Assembly (NCBI GenBank): GCA_000934665.2
Contig: KZ538454.1
Span: forward strand, 1-64,000
Length of the DNA: 64,000 nt
Direction of reading: 5' to 3'
Origin: Catajapyx aquilonaris
Taxonomy: Eukaryota
Shown here: positions 50,101-63,973 of the stretch, piece by piece
Numbering within the stretch: position 1 is the first letter of the stretch
How the letters are laid out: every line of letters starts with the position of its first letter
Position numbers and translations under genes: made by a program
Notes under the pieces: generated by a model
Told to the model about the DNA's origin: nothing
Seen by the model: the letters and a program-made list of their open reading frames with translations, nothing else
The model's database searches: none

Positions 50101-53100
50101 ATTAAAAGGAACCCCTGCGACAATTACTAATGAGGCCAAAAACATGGAAAGGCCCGAGATGATTCTTCCCGCTCTTTGGCTGTCAGCATCGCGACATGCA
50201 GCCCTGGAATTAGGCGACATCACTCCTCGACGTCTCCTTGCCAAACACGCGACGATTATTACTCGAGTGTGGCACACATTGCCCGCTTTCTTTAATTACT
50301 GGGTGTCTCTTTTTTTCAACACTAGTTGTCACCCTAGCAAGTATTTCCAGGAGTTGATTGGTTGGAGGCTGTGTGGCCAAAGAGACATCTCGAGCTGCTA
50401 CGAGGAGCATCCATCAAGCCCAGCTCCCATCCGTCATCACTGTCTGCTGGTGCTGGGTTGCGGCGAGGGTTTAAGGCCTAACCACCCACCCACCCACCTC
50501 CCTTGTTCCTTCTTACATTCTGCCTCCCTGCAAGACGTCAAAGGAACCCAGGAGGGAGGCTGACCTCCAGTGAGCCTTTCGGGTCTAATGGGGCCGACAC
50601 ACGTCAGTCCATGGCCTCCTGCCGATTGATTGTACAATACAAACGTAGCTGCTACAAAATAGCCGTTCTTCAGTAGCTGCTACATGGGGAATCGAACATA
50701 TGGCGGGCAGAAAAAACATCAACAAACCTGCACGTGCTTGATTATCTTGGTAGCGTTCACACGAGTCGGTTGGAAAAGCACCAGCGCTTGCTTTTTTGCA
50801 TAATGAATTCGTCTTATAACGAGCTGAATTTCCGGGTCCCTTACGTTGGTTATAATTATGTAATTTCCTATATGCAGTTATCCAAGATTGCCCAAATGTG
50901 TATACAAAGTGCAGCTACACGGAAGACTGATTCTTGGCGGTGGGCAAGAAGTTCAGGATTGAATCCGTGTTGAGATGGCCAGGGGTAGGCGGGGTTGGGA
51001 GCAAGGGGGGAAGTAAATAAGGGCCAAGCAGATATGGCTCTCGGGGACAATAATTATTCGCTGCTCTGCCTAGTAGCCATCGGAGCAGACTCAATTTGTG
51101 AGCTAGGAAGGACCCCCCACCACCCAACCCCAAGCTTTCCCTCTTTGTATGCAACCCTGTACGATGCGTAGGCTTCTCCTCAACTCCCCCTTTCTCAAGA
51201 CTGCTTCCTCGTGCATGGATCCAGCATGATGATCCCCCGAAGGAGGAGGTTGAACAATAGCATCAGCATGGAGGAAAGGTCGAGAAGGGGGTATAGGTGG
51301 GGTAGGGAGTGGTAGGGAAGATGTAGGCTGGAGGGAGTAGGGAGAGGTCGAGCCGACTTCTATTGACGTCAGGTAGCGAAGGAAACCGCCCCTCAGACAA
51401 ATAAGCCTAGCTCAGCCTCCTCCGAGCAATAAGGACTCCATTATCCAACCTTCGCCGCCGGTTTAGAAATGTAAACTCAGCTTTACAGGCCGCTTGGTTT
51501 CGGCCAGTACGCGGTTTGAATGCGGTTCCGTCAACAGGCCGGCGCCCAAATTTTTGAAAGAAAAAAAAAATTTATCGAGAATCAATTTACACCTCGAGGA
51601 GGAAGAAACCTCGAGGCCACGTGATCTGACTTTCTTGTGAGCCCTGTACGTTTCGTAGCTCTTGGGCCATTAACGGCAGTAACTACCGCTTCCAGTGAAG
51701 CCATTGAATATTAATTAACCCCAAGGCATTAGCATAAATAGGTGACCCCGATACTTTGTTGTGGCTTGCCACTGCGCTCCACTGCCTGCGAGATGACGGA
51801 GGATGCTGCCACGCCCCTTATAGGCCTAACTGGCGACAGGCAATCAATCCTACTTGCACCATCTCAATTCAAGGGACCTGCCGCTATTCACCACACCGTA
51901 TCCTTAGACCTATGCAACCTTCTTTGCGAAAATTTCCCCCCACTTTTTTAAATGGGGGGGGGGGGGAAGTCGTGTGTGTGTGACGTGACATAGCTGCAAC
52001 AACTTACGCGTTATTTCACAGTGACACACCCTCCAGGGTCGGCATGCGAGCATCATGCATAATGAAGATCCCCCGCTGCCTCCCTCCCACCCCATCCGCC
52101 ATTCTGAGTGACGGCCTCAAATAGCTTATAACTGTGAACAAAGGGATGCCGCCGATTCGGCTCGTTCTTGATATGTACAGGGTGGGTCAGTACATACTGG
52201 TCTCAGGTGAAGAGCTGATTTGGCAACATCCTACAAGGTGACGATGTCCTGGGAGAAGCTCTTTTCTCACGCTGTCCCCCCTGCAGATATGCAAGGGATG
52301 GATGTTAAAGGGGGTGGTGGGGTGTCGCTAAGTGCCTCCCCAAAAAAGAGAAAGTGAAAAGAGCACTATTAAGTCGGCATGGCACTATTGAGAGGCAGAA
52401 GAGGCTGTGATTGGGGTAGCCTCACCTCACTTTTTTTTATCCATATTATTATCTACTCCATGGGTTTTTTTAGGCCTCCCCCTCCTCCACTCTCCCAGGC
52501 CAATTAATTAACGTCTATCGGCTAGGCTAAGTGACGAGTCACGGCCAAATTGGGACTCGGTGCCGGGGTTCCCACGGAGGGACCACTTTTCAAGCTTCGC
52601 CCTGGAGCTCAGAAAGGCCTAAGTAAGAAGCCGATTATTAGGAAGGACCTACTGCATGAAAATCCATGTGACAATATAGGCCTATAGAATTGGAAGAGGT
52701 AGTATGATGAATATTTAAAAATATATATATATGAATTGTTAAAAATGTGATGCGTTGCAGAGTGATTGAAAAGACCCACCCAACTGGCCCATTTTTTTGC
52801 ACAGGGTGTGGCCCACGTGTAAAAAAATGAAGGCATAATTCCTCCCAAGTCAGTCGTAATCACACAGCAGCTCAAACGACCATATGAGTTAATGAAACAC
52901 ATCATAAAGCACTCTTAATGAGCTACCAAATGATAAACTGTTATTGAATCACTCTTAATTAAATTATGAAGGATTATAAAATGTGTTAAATTATTATTTG
53001 GCGTGGGGGGGTCGAAAATTCCATTCATTAATGCCTGGCATTACCAGGGCCGTCAATAGGCGTTCAGAAATGGATGGGCTTCGGTGCAAAATGCATTAAA

Positions 53101-54330
53101 AGAGGAGGGACAAGGGCGGTGCTAACCATCCGAGCCAAATTTAATCGGAATCAATATTTAGCGTTGGGTTTGGTTGAAAGATTCAAAGGCCACCCGGACG
53201 TGCCTCGAAATTGTCCGAAATGGAGACAAAATCCATCTTGCATGTTCCGCTCCTCTCCAGCCAGTCTTTCTCGAGTCCCCATTTGACTTATTCATATGTA
53301 GCTACATTTCCAGCCTATTTTTAGACACTATTTTTCTATGGCCTTCTTAGTAATTGAAGGTCTCGTTAAATGTCTAATTAGTTATCGTCACATCCACGCA
53401 ATAGGCATATGGGAAGCTTTCAATCATACTAATTGCATGGGATGAATGAAGTTGCAGTTGTCTGGATTGTACCTATAAAAGTATAGAGGTCACTATTTCC
53501 AGAGTCGTCACAAGAAGTATTTCAGAACTGCTTTTGCCATTGATAGGCAATAATTAACAGTCCTGGTAAAATTAACCTTTAAAGAGTGATCTTAATGAAT
53601 ATTATTCACGTCTGGAAAACAATTGTTTTCAATAATAATAAAGATTACTCAGCAATAATTGTCATTGTCTACCCACAGAAAACGTTTGAAAAGTGTGGCA
53701 TTTGAAACTGGAGGAAAAAAACAAGAGGCCACTTGGGTCAGAGTTAATTTATATCTTCTCATGATGATTCTCCTCAGTGCTGTGCATGATATATGTTCAG
53801 GTGAGCAGCATATTGCATAGTGGATAGAGAAGCCTATTTAGGTAGCATGCATAAAGCATGAAACATCGCAAGGCAGCCCCTTGCGAACATGTTCATATGA
53901 CATTTTTGCCACTATTTACGTACCGGCAGGGGACCTGTTGCCTGGAAATGCGATCTGCGCGCCTATCACGCCCATCCAGCAGCAGGTAGAAATTAAAAAT
54001 AATCCCCGAGTCACAGGTAGTCCCTGCGAAATGTTGCGGTTCGGGTCCAGAAATGGCCGACTCTCCTGCTTTTGCTAGTACCAGCATCCAGGGTCGTCCA
54101 AAGATGGTGCATCTCCGTCAGCCGCATCGGACACCGCAACGTCATCACTTATTCGTGCACGCAGCTCATGTTGTCAGGAGGCGGCTTCCCCTGCCCCCGA
54201 CGCTTCCCCTTGACCAAACAAAAGCGACTCTGATTCCGAATTGAAAGACATGCCACCGCATGCGACAATGTTGCCATTGTTGCCCCCATAATTGCCACCA
54301 TGCACTGGGGGGTCCTCTCCGGGTAATTTA

Positions 54331-54949
54331 CCTCAGCCTGGAAAAAATGCGTCTGAAACTTACACATAAATAATCATTTGTGAATTTTATTTTTAATAAT
54401 TTTGGTAGCAAATTTTTCAGAAATATTTTGTAGGTAATGTGAGCAAAATTATTTAGAAAGGTTCTATCGTGGTTCGTGGACACTGGACACAGTTTCTGAT
54501 TTTGGATCAATTTGATCAAAGGTACTATGGGTTGTATAGGTATAAGGGTTGCATAGGTGTCAGGATGAGCGCGAAGGTGGTGGAATACTATGGGGCTCAA
54601 ATTGTTTTGGCCACTTTATCCTGGTCTTGAAGCAACCCTTCACACACACACACCTGCTCAACGTGGGGCCTGTGCGAAGGGTTGCTTCAAGACCAGGATA
54701 AAGCGGCCTAAACAATTTGAGCCCCCACCTTCGCGCTCATCCTGACACCTATGCAACCCTTCATGCACTCGATCCATCAAAGTCGATTTTCGGATAAATT
54801 CGAATAAAATTAAAACACCTCGAATAGTGCCTTTTGGATAAAATTTGAACACAAAAATATATATATATATATATTGGATACATAAGTGGTATGTGAATAA
54901 AATTATCGATGATAAAGCGATCGGTAGGGCATTGTTTTCCAGTGAAGGG
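54331..54949. mobile_element. Decayed piggyBac-like foldback non-autonomous element (about 620 bp)
   Basis: The right end gcattgttttccagtgaaggg|TTAA is a diverged inverted match of the left end TTTA|cctcagcctggaaaaaatgc. A further diverged inverted match links about 54438-54475 with 54815-54853. Near-perfect central arms at 54544-54641 and 54676-54761 differ by one short indel. The piggyBac assignment rests only on the TTAA|CCC terminus. Confidence 0.65.
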
Positions 54950-57900
54950 TTAACATAGTGGAAGCCATGTTCGGGTGATTTTGGTGTTGGAGAGTGTGTT
55001 GGCAACCCTGGCGTCCAGTTGCGGTGGCGAGCCCCATCTTGGTGTCCCCTTCGCGACATCTTCATTAATTTTGACAGAGAGGGCGACGTCGGTACGACCA
55101 AAGCGTGGCGACTGAGGTTTCCAAAACGTCCCTCCCTCTACCATGTCCTCCCCTCCCCCAACAAGAAGCTTCCCCCTCCAGCCCCCCCGGTTCGTCAAAT
55201 TAACACACGGGTGGGGGTCAGAAGCAGAGGGGGCAGCACAGGACATGCATTCATGCATGTAGACCCCCGCCATGGAGTAATGAAAATTTTGCCGCTCAGC
55301 TCACTTCCGCCCCCCTAAAAAAAACCTGGAAAGTGGACAAGGCTTCTGTTGTTATTTTCTCTGGCAGAAACCTCTAAATTGTTAACTTGTAGCCCCCTGG
55401 ACTAGCAACAGTTGACACCTAGCGCCATCTGTGTGCGAGAAGACGTGTCCTACCCCCNCCCCCCCCCCGGCAGTACGGATCCGTGACCTCGGCTGGATTA
55501 TTTTGCATATACCGCACCTCTTCGTTAGTTCCACCATTTTTTTTGTGCCTTAATATTTCGGATGGGGTCTGTTTCATTATTTTTGGGTGAGTGCCTGCTT
55601 CGGCCTCCTCTTCATGCAGCTTGACTTCAGAGTCCATTCGTCGCTTGATGCCCTCTTTCGTGTCACCCTTTTGTTTTTGTTTTTTCTGATAATAATTATG
55701 AGAAGTAGCACAGGGTTTCTTGCGATCCGAGACGTTATGGTAAAAATTTCGTGTGCTGTAATTTTTTTGGGGGGGACTTCAACTTAAGCTACCCCCTGTT
55801 GTTTCAAAGCGGGGGAAACTGTTGCTGCCGATCGAGGTTTGACCCCCCGCCATTTTTCCTACCGATAGACTACAACTTTTTTGGGGGAAAAAACCGCATT
55901 TTTTTAGTAGCCAGTAAGTATGTGCATAAAATTTGACACCTGCATATTTTTCAGGGTGAAAGTATGGGTGACCAAGTACTGTCACCCTGTAGTGAAGCGT
56001 GTAATTCAGCGTACTCTATCTAATAGCGCCTTTCGTGCAAGCGCTTTTAAGTAAAGCAGCAGGATAATTCGTGGGCCGATTAATATCTTGATGATGTATA
56101 ATTCCTTACATGGTTATTACTTCTTGTACGATTTGCGTGACTTCAGTACGTTCCATGACGATTTCCTGCTGAGGAAATTAACGTTTTTTGAGGTGAAACT
56201 GGGGATTGCGCATTGGTGCGCAACCAAAAGAAAAGAAGGTCCCCTTTTGCTTTACCCGTTGATAAGTTAGCAATCAAGAGTTGGGGGCTGGGAAAAAGAA
56301 TATTTGGAGAACTACGGGTGTGAGCGAATCCTGACGGGCGAAAAAGAGGCGCAGGTAAATTGCTTCCGATCACGCAGGTGCCGGAGTTTGAGCTAGGTTG
56401 GAAGGACAGCCAACCCTCTTTTTCTTTTGGGGCAAACCCCCCTGCTGTGTAAGACCCTTGGGAGCTTTAAGACACCACGGGAGAGCCGATTGTATTACCA
56501 CACGAAGATCAATGTGAAACTCCTATGGACATTGAGGGGGGTTGCCGCTTCGGCTCTGCTTGCTAACTAATTTCGCGGGGGCATCATCATGGTTTGATGC
56601 AAAACGGCGACAAGTGTTGGAGGAAAGTGGAGAGGCAGATTAGTCTTGGATTCCTGGAGATGCCGCTGTCTGCCGTTCATCACAAGAAGCACACGGAAAG
56701 GTTTGAAAAAAGAAAAGCGGGAATAATTCGCAAGTGCGGCGCGCTGATTGCGTGCAGTCCAATCAGGACTGTAAATACCGCGCGTTCCTCTCCTGAATTT
56801 ATTGGGGACAAGGAAATATCGTATCCAAGGTTTAATTTAACCAAATGAAAGGACCGTCCTACTAAATTTCCCAAGGAACCATTTCTTCATCTTGGGAAAT
56901 GGCTGGAGATGACCGCCTTTTGGGAGACGACAATCGATGGTGTTGTCAGGAGATGAATGTGGCTCATAGGTCGTTGGCAGAACTGGTTTACGTGTGGGGA
57001 GGTCAAACTTGTTCTGACCTCCGACATGCTTGATATCAAATCATGTCCGGATCCAACAATGGGCACCTTAGGTGACTCAGGAGCCCACTTCCGAACAATT
57101 TGACCGGGAGAAAAGAGTTGTCAACGTGTAGGTGAGAGGGTAAAGCGGCCACAAAGCCACCAAACAGGAGGCCTGTCAAGAAGTCTTTTGTGGGTATACT
57201 TGTCCTCAGTCCCTGGACAGGTGACCTCGGGCGGTTTTTCGGGTCTTCTCCTGGTACAACCATTTTGGAAGACGTGTAGAATGAGGAACCGAAAAAAACC
57301 CGGAATGCGGCTATTCTTGTGCCAATTTTGAAAGTGGGTCCAGTATACCAAAGTTCGTTGCTCTTTATGATGCACATGGAATGCGGTGCAGACCGGATAC
57401 TAATGAAACGTCCAAAACATCGACAACTGCGAAGGAGTTGATTCTTGACAATACCGTACCGCCCATTACATTCCCCTTCCATGTTGCTCACTCTATCGAT
57501 ATGTGTTGTTATATGAACCCCACAGCGCAGCTTGGAAGCTAATTAAATCGTAACGCCCAGGAAAAGTGCGACGTTTTTATTGTTGGACACTTGTTTGCAA
57601 TTATGTCGTAAAATGCTTAATAGGCGTGGGTTGGAACAAGTATGGCTGGATGGTGTTGCTCTGCTTCAAAGTAATGCTACTCACTTGTGTGTGATTTAAT
57701 CTTTGGGTATGACATGTACCACATTTGTACAATTGGTATGTGGTACTTGCATTGTTCGAATGGAGACTTGAACGCTAGATGTGAGCATGAACACCAGGCT
57801 GTTGAAGGATCTAATGACCCAACGGGATTAGGTGTTGCTACTAATTAATTACGGACGTAATTGTTCGACAACGGCCCACCCTTTTTTTTGTATGTTCCGT

Positions 57901-60237
57901 CTTGGGTCATAATCGATCCGAAATAGGCAGTGCTCTTGAGGAACCGTTTCAGAGTTGTCCGCTATTAGTTGTTGGGATGGGACCGGTATGGAAATTAGGT
58001 GGGGCAGGAGTGCTGGAAATACGGGTGGTCCTCATTTCGGGCAACAAAGGGGCTTGTCGGCGCGTGGTGGGAGGCCAGCAGGTAGAACCCTAGCAATAAG
58101 TGGACTTTACAAAAAAAAATCGCATAAAAAACGAGCAAATTGGCAAAAGTTATTGTCGATCTTGCTCGCGCGCCAATAATAATGATTATTTTTTGGGATC
58201 AGATGGGTGCTGGGTTTGGCTGGATCCGGTTCTGGTCCAGCCAAAGGGGGCGCCACTTTTAGGTGCTCAAATAGCCAGCAAATGAGTAAATAGAAGCAGG
58301 CGGCTTCCTGCCTTCTAATTTGCCACCTTAATGGCATCATTAAAAGGGACTCCACCGCAATGGTCATCTTGTCAACAGAAAAATGGTGGGCTAGTAGCTG
58401 ATATTCCATATGGACGAAAAGACAATGCAGGTTCAATAGCTCCTAGTAAAAAAAAGGTGGCTTGGTTAGAAAAAGGCAACTGTGATTAATGTGTGGGTTG
58501 TCATGCATTCCCCCGTAAAGCTTGCAAGCTTGAGAAAGAAAATATATCTGGCAGAGGCCTCGCGTTTAATCTTAACGTCCGTTCGCGTCTAATAAGGGAT
58601 TGGCTCATGGAAAGTTGTCTGGGGGCAGCTCAGCAGGGGGCCAACTGCCTTTTCCATCGGAAGGTCGCTTTTATCAGAAAATCTGTGATTTATTCCTCGA
58701 GGGGACCGTCAGGCATGCTTCATGTGGGTGTTGGTGCCTTTGGTGCCCTCCCCCACCACCTGCACCCTCTGATCTTTAAGATAGCCACTTTTTTTTAAAA
58801 AAAAGAGGAGCTAGTGGCACATCTATTTACAGCCTCAGTGAGCTACCTGAAAGAATATTGAAAATTTGCTTTGAGATGAGACATATTCTTCAGTTTCATC
58901 ATCAAATTACCCCCACCATTTTTAATGAACGGTCGTCTAAAAACATGCCTCAATCTTGTAGCCCAAACAAACCAAGAGGTTTTTCTTATGTAGGTTGATG
59001 GATGCTGAGGGTTGTAAGCAGGAGCCTCCTGCTGTGTCCTTAGCTGGTTTTGGGCCCGATCACATGACACTTGTGCCTCTTCCCTCATTGGCCTGCTTTA
59101 GATCCTGGCCTGAGATTCGTTCTTGTGATGTATGTTGTCTCCCTAAAAACACTGGTAGATTTTTTTTTGAGTGCCTTGTATTTTTTTTAAAGGGGTTTGT
59201 TGTCCCGTTTCATCCTGCTCTGTACAAGTACAAAGGTTAGGTCATCCCGACCTGTTCCTGAGGTGAGGTCAGAATTAGCCCTCCACTCCCACACCCGTCT
59301 TTCCTGTTGTGTCAGCAATTGTAGTGACACCAAAAGATACGGTGTGTCACACCCGATTTATATCTTTTTCCTGGCACACCAGGTTCAATTTTGCGCGACA
59401 TTTTCTAGGCTGTAATTCTCCTCGACGATTACCAGCAATTAATATTGTTTAAATGTGGCTCCCTGACTTCTTACAATGGAAGGTGTCTCTCATGTCTCTG
59501 ACACCTGCTTTTAGCATGACATTGTTGAAGGAAGGACTCTGCTGGCGAGTCAGTCCAGAGTGTGAGACAGCATGAGTGTGAACGACAAATTTTTCGGGTA
59601 GCAAAGTACCACTTGACAATTCATGAGGTGACGTACTCCAGATACATGTTTACGTCGGTGGTGCTGCAAAAATAAATGTCGGTGTGCGGCACTGTAATGG
59701 ACAAGTAACACGTTTAAGGGGATAGCCTAGTGTAACGGAGTATATAGTAAAACAGCGTTTTACCCGAGGATGTGAGATTTAATTCGTGGTCATGTGTGCT
59801 AAATATAGGGCGGTTGCCTCTGTCTGGGTTCATAATGGATGACTCTTGGGCCGAAAAGTACTAGAAGAGCAGACGATCTTACTAATGCTTGTATGTACAG
59901 TGCACTAGCCCCATGGAGATATTTAGAGTAAATGGGAGAAACCGAGGGGTAATTGAGTCAAGTGCTGCCTATTTTGATAATGCACATTAGTCGAGTGGGG
60001 CTCAGATTTTTTTTGGTGTATAATATGTTGTGTGTTCACCGATTCGTAGCATGTAATGTAGCTAATATTTTAAGTGTGGATGTGTGTTAAAACTGTCGCG
60101 GTTTTCGGATAATTTTTCCACATGATTAATTATTATGGGCGTTTCATTTCAACTGCGTTGTTTGTTCCTGAAATTAATTCGGTTGGGTCATAATTTTACT
60201 CTAAATAATTGTAAAAGCAGTAAATACCACTAATATA

Positions 60238-60421
60238 CACTCTTAACCATTTACCTTCTCTAGAGAGGGTAAGAAAGTGGCCATTTTTTACCTTACATTG
60301 TAGGGTAAATATTCTTGGGTAAATTGATTCTAAGGTAAATTTTGCATGTATTACCTTAGAAAATAGAGGGTAAAAAGGGCCTCTTTTTACCCTCTCTAGA
60401 GAAGGTAAATGGTTAAGAGTG
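60238..60421. mobile_element. MITE with CACT...AGTG termini flanked by TA (184 bp); CMC/EnSpm-like or unclassified TA-target element
   Basis: 35-bp perfect TIR CACTCTTAACCATTTACCTTCTCTAGAGAGGGTAA, TA on both sides, and internal repeated ttacc/ggtaa motifs. Confidence 0.88.
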
Positions 60422-60919
60422 TAGTAAGTAGCTGATGACCATATAAAAAATGTATAGTTGGTGTATTTGTCAACAAAAATGGCAAAAAATAGTTCCTGTA
60501 TACAACGTGCAACAATTTTGGCCCACGCCATAATAAGACGACTCAACATTTTCCTGGTTAAAAAATATTGCCGCACTCCTCACCTTAAAAAAACCACGCA
60601 TGCCCATGCGTGTCCGACAGGTACGTCCACGTCAACGAGAGACAGTGACGACCTGACCTCTAGGTCCCTTAAAAATTGCCCCATCCCTTGTGTGACCGAG
60701 GAGATGCAAATAGCTTCAAGTAAAATCCTGTATAACCGTGTGACAATCTGGCATTTGGCCCTCCCCCACTGCGACCTGAGAAGTCTAAGAAACAGGAAAT
60801 TCCAGTCTAATTTAGAACAATGTCTTGTACGTTACTGACGCGCTTAGAAGCCTGTTAAGAAGCTCTGAAAGTAGATGAAGAGTCTTGGTTCGATCCAGGA
60901 AGAGAACAGGAAGGCGTGG

Positions 60920-60945
60920 GAGAGAGAGAGAGAGAGAGAGAGAGA
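60920..60945. repeat. (GA)n microsatellite
   Basis: Read directly from the sequence. Confidence 0.95.
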
Positions 60946-61989
60946 GGACAATTTGTTTTATAACTCACTGTGGTTTTGTAAAGTATGCAGCACAACTCGG
61001 GGGTTGGCAAATTCTTCTTCAGCGAGTCGACGTGTCGTGTAATATCACAAACTACAAAGATTTAAATGAGTGGCTGGAAACGTGTCCTGGTATGCTAGCA
61101 GGACATTCATTTGTGCAATTATTTGTTGTTGGCAGTCGTTAACTCAGCATGGGGGCTTACTTTTGGACAAACTGGTACAAAAAAAATTGTGTTATGTCCA
61201 TGCTTGTAACGAGTGTGTAATTGCTGGCGGCTAGACTTATTTTATATTGTGTGCGTCTGCGGACCACCATGTCGCAAGTTCATGTAACATACACTGTGCG
61301 ATTAATAGTACATTAGAAAGGCTAGATCAGAAGTGCCTGCTGAAATGCGACCTGTTGTTTACAGGAGTGCAATCGAGGCTAATGCATCTCCATTTGCCAT
61401 CCTTAACACCCTCTTAGGACCACCCTGGGCAAATGGCATTGTTCATTATTTATTTTAGAAATCATTTGGTTCAGTACATATTGAGCCTAATAAGAACGCC
61501 CTTGAGTTTTGTGTGCCAGACTGGCAGTAAATCGTCCAGTTTTTGTTAGGACATGGCGTGGGTGGTCAGCCAGGAGTAAAGATGATGATGCTCTTCCTGG
61601 ACCTGCTGGTAACAAGGGAAGGCGGGGATGATCTCCTTTTCTGCATATATAGGATGGGGGGGCAGGCGGCACTTATTTATTGAAGGGGCGAGTGAGGGCG
61701 TTAATGCGATAAGAGGGGGCGGGCGGCCCCTCCTTTACCCATTCCTTGGCCCTCAATAGGCCCCGAATGGCCCGGCTCGCGACTTGGACCAAGGAGGAGC
61801 CTGCATACAAATGACCTTCTTGAGGCCCCTGCAAATAATTAGGCCACACTCCCTCACCACATTATAATATCTACTGCCGCCTTATTCCTTCTTATGCCCT
61901 GGAATAACTGCATCAAGTTTTTACTATAGTGGGGAAGAATGAAAAAAACACCTATTGTGTGCATCACATTTATATTTGCATATAACCAG

Positions 61990-62149
61990 GAGGCGTATAC
62001 TCATCCAGGTCACTCGCAATCGACAAAGTCGATTGACGTCAAAATGACGTCGCCAATTCTCCTCGCCCTGCCCTGGTCATCATTGGCGACGTCATTTTGA
62101 CGTCAATCGACTTTGTCGATTGCGAGTGACCTGGATGAGTATACGCCTC
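61990..62149. mobile_element. 160-bp palindromic MITE-like element with perfect 68-bp arms
   Basis: 61990-62057 (GAGGCGTATACTCATCCAGG...CGCCAAT) is the exact reverse complement of 62082-62149, with a 24-nt spacer. No clean TSD (cag / ttg). Confidence 0.85.
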
Positions 62150-63214
62150 TTGATGAACTTACAACCCTGATACAAACTGGAGCTTTAAATTGCTTAAATA
62201 AAGAAAAATCCCACCTATAGCAAATACTCATATTGATTAGTTTACAACGCTCTTTTCTTTGGATGTGGAAAGCTGATATTAATCCTTTTATAAAGGAGGT
62301 CATAACGATGGGGAATATAATCTTCTTACAAGCCGCCGTTATCCCGCACTCCTAAATCTCTTTTGATCTTTCCCGGCGCTTACAACTGCGTAATATCGAA
62401 AGCTGTCTGATATCAGTTGGGGATGTGCAAATACTGTAATACATGTAATTATCGGCTGCTCACCTGTTCAGTTTTTTTTTAGTTCCTGCTTTTCAGAGCC
62501 CTAGGTGGATTATTCCTAATTAGTCCAAGCCAAGAGTTATGTATAGGAACCGCTTGGCAACCAGTCTCAGTGTGAAGAGTCTTATTCCAGAATAGGACAA
62601 AAACCAGTTGGCCAAAAGGCAGATCTCTAATTATCAGGCGCCTAGGCCTGATGTCTGGATCTAAAGGAAAGGCAGCAGAAACGGCGGTTGGCTTTTGAGC
62701 CAATAAACATAGCGAATTGATTTATGCTGCAGGAGCGAATTAGTGGAGTATAGGCTCATGATAGCCGCTTATGAAATCAGTGATTTATAAGACATCCTGC
62801 CGCTTCTTGCGGCGGCTCTTTGTGCATTCAAGAGGGGGGAGAGGAGGGTAGATGGGTGGGAGGCAGTAGATTACTAAAAGGGCCCTTCAATGGCGCCGAA
62901 GAAGTTTTGGGAAGCAGGAGGGATTGATTTTAGGACGCAGAGAGGGGCCAACACCAGAAGGGGGAAGTAGCACATCTGCACCGTATATCTCAGAAACCGA
63001 CTAATTGACTTTGGAGTACAAGCTGACACTCTTTTCACCAACGGTGCGAAATAAGTTCGTCGAATTAATGCCCCGTGCGACTTTGGTATCTAAATATTAG
63101 CTCAATCCGATCAGTAGATACCAAGATATTAGTAAGGTCCGTCACGCTGATTTTTGCCTTTAAAAATTTCACATAGTCACGCACAGTGACGCACATTCAG
63201 GTTTTCCCTTTCAA

Positions 63215-63356
63215 TTTTATTTATTTATTTATGTCACGTTTTCCTGTATTTAATTTCATTAATTTATTTATTTCACGTTTTCCTATATTTAATTTTATTA
63301 ATTTATTTATTTCACGTTTTCCTATATTTAATTTTATTAATTAATTAATTTTATTA
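63215..63356. repeat. AT-rich minisatellite with about 39-bp units
   Basis: ATTAATTTATTTATTTCACGTTTTCCTATATTTAATTTT-like unit, about 3.5 copies. Confidence 0.9.
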
Positions 63357-63358
63357 TA

Positions 63359-63919
63359 CAGGGTGTAAATGAATTCGATCGACAAACTTGTAGGGGTAAT
63401 AGAGGGGACCAAGACAAGTATTTTTGACATAGGAACCCGTGTCCGGAAACGCCATCTAGAGGGGGTTCATAGACGAGGAACGGGTGCGCTCAGACGCTCC
63501 ACGCGGGAGGCGCTAGGCGAGCGGACTGACTTGTTGATAGATAGCGCTCGGATAGTAAACAAAGGTGAGATGTGCCATAACCTGGCAACAACAGAGCCAT
63601 CTGGCAACTAAAGTACGCCTCCTAGGAAACGCGTGGAGAGTAAACAACGGCTCTGTTGTTGCCATGTTATGGCGTATCACATCGTTGTTTGCTTACGACG
63701 ACGCGATATGCCATAACCAGGCAACAACTGCGCGTCCTCTATCAACAAAACAGTCCGCTCGCCTAGCGCCCCCTCCTGACGCGTCTGAGCGCACCCGTTC
63801 CTCGTCTATGAACCCCCTCTAGATGGCGTTTCCGGACACGGGTTCCTATGTCAAAAATACTTGTCTTGGTCCCCTCTATTACACCTGCAAGTTTGTCGAT
63901 CGAATTCATTTACACCCTG
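63359..63919. mobile_element. Tc1/mariner-type MITE with long TIRs (561 bp)
   Basis: TA|CAGGGTGTAAATGAATTCGATCGACAAACTTG...CAAGTTTGTCGATCGAATTCATTTACACCCTG|TA. Near-identical arms of about 185 bp. The motif gccataac(c)(t/a)ggcaacaac occurs three times internally in alternating orientation. Confidence 0.93.
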
Positions 63920-63925
63920 TATATG

Positions 63926-63973
63926 GATAAAAACGTGAAATAAATAAATATTTATTTATTTCACGTTTTTATC
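63926..63973. repeat. Perfect 48-bp spacerless palindrome of the flanking minisatellite motif
   Basis: gataaaaacgtgaaataaataaat|atttatttatttcacgtttttatc. Confidence 0.95.

Noticed and set aside
55952..55989. 38-bp cagggtga...tcaccctg mini inverted repeat resembling mariner ends
   Set aside because: Only an 8-bp perfect stem and the left TA is missing.
59718..59790. Decayed tRNA-SINE head (ggggatagcctagtg...)
   Set aside because: The B box is too degenerate and there is no body, tail or TSD.
188..63822. All ORFs in the six-frame track
   Set aside because: They are short (up to 207 aa), overlap on both strands, show no recognisable domains, and many derive from repeats or span Ns.
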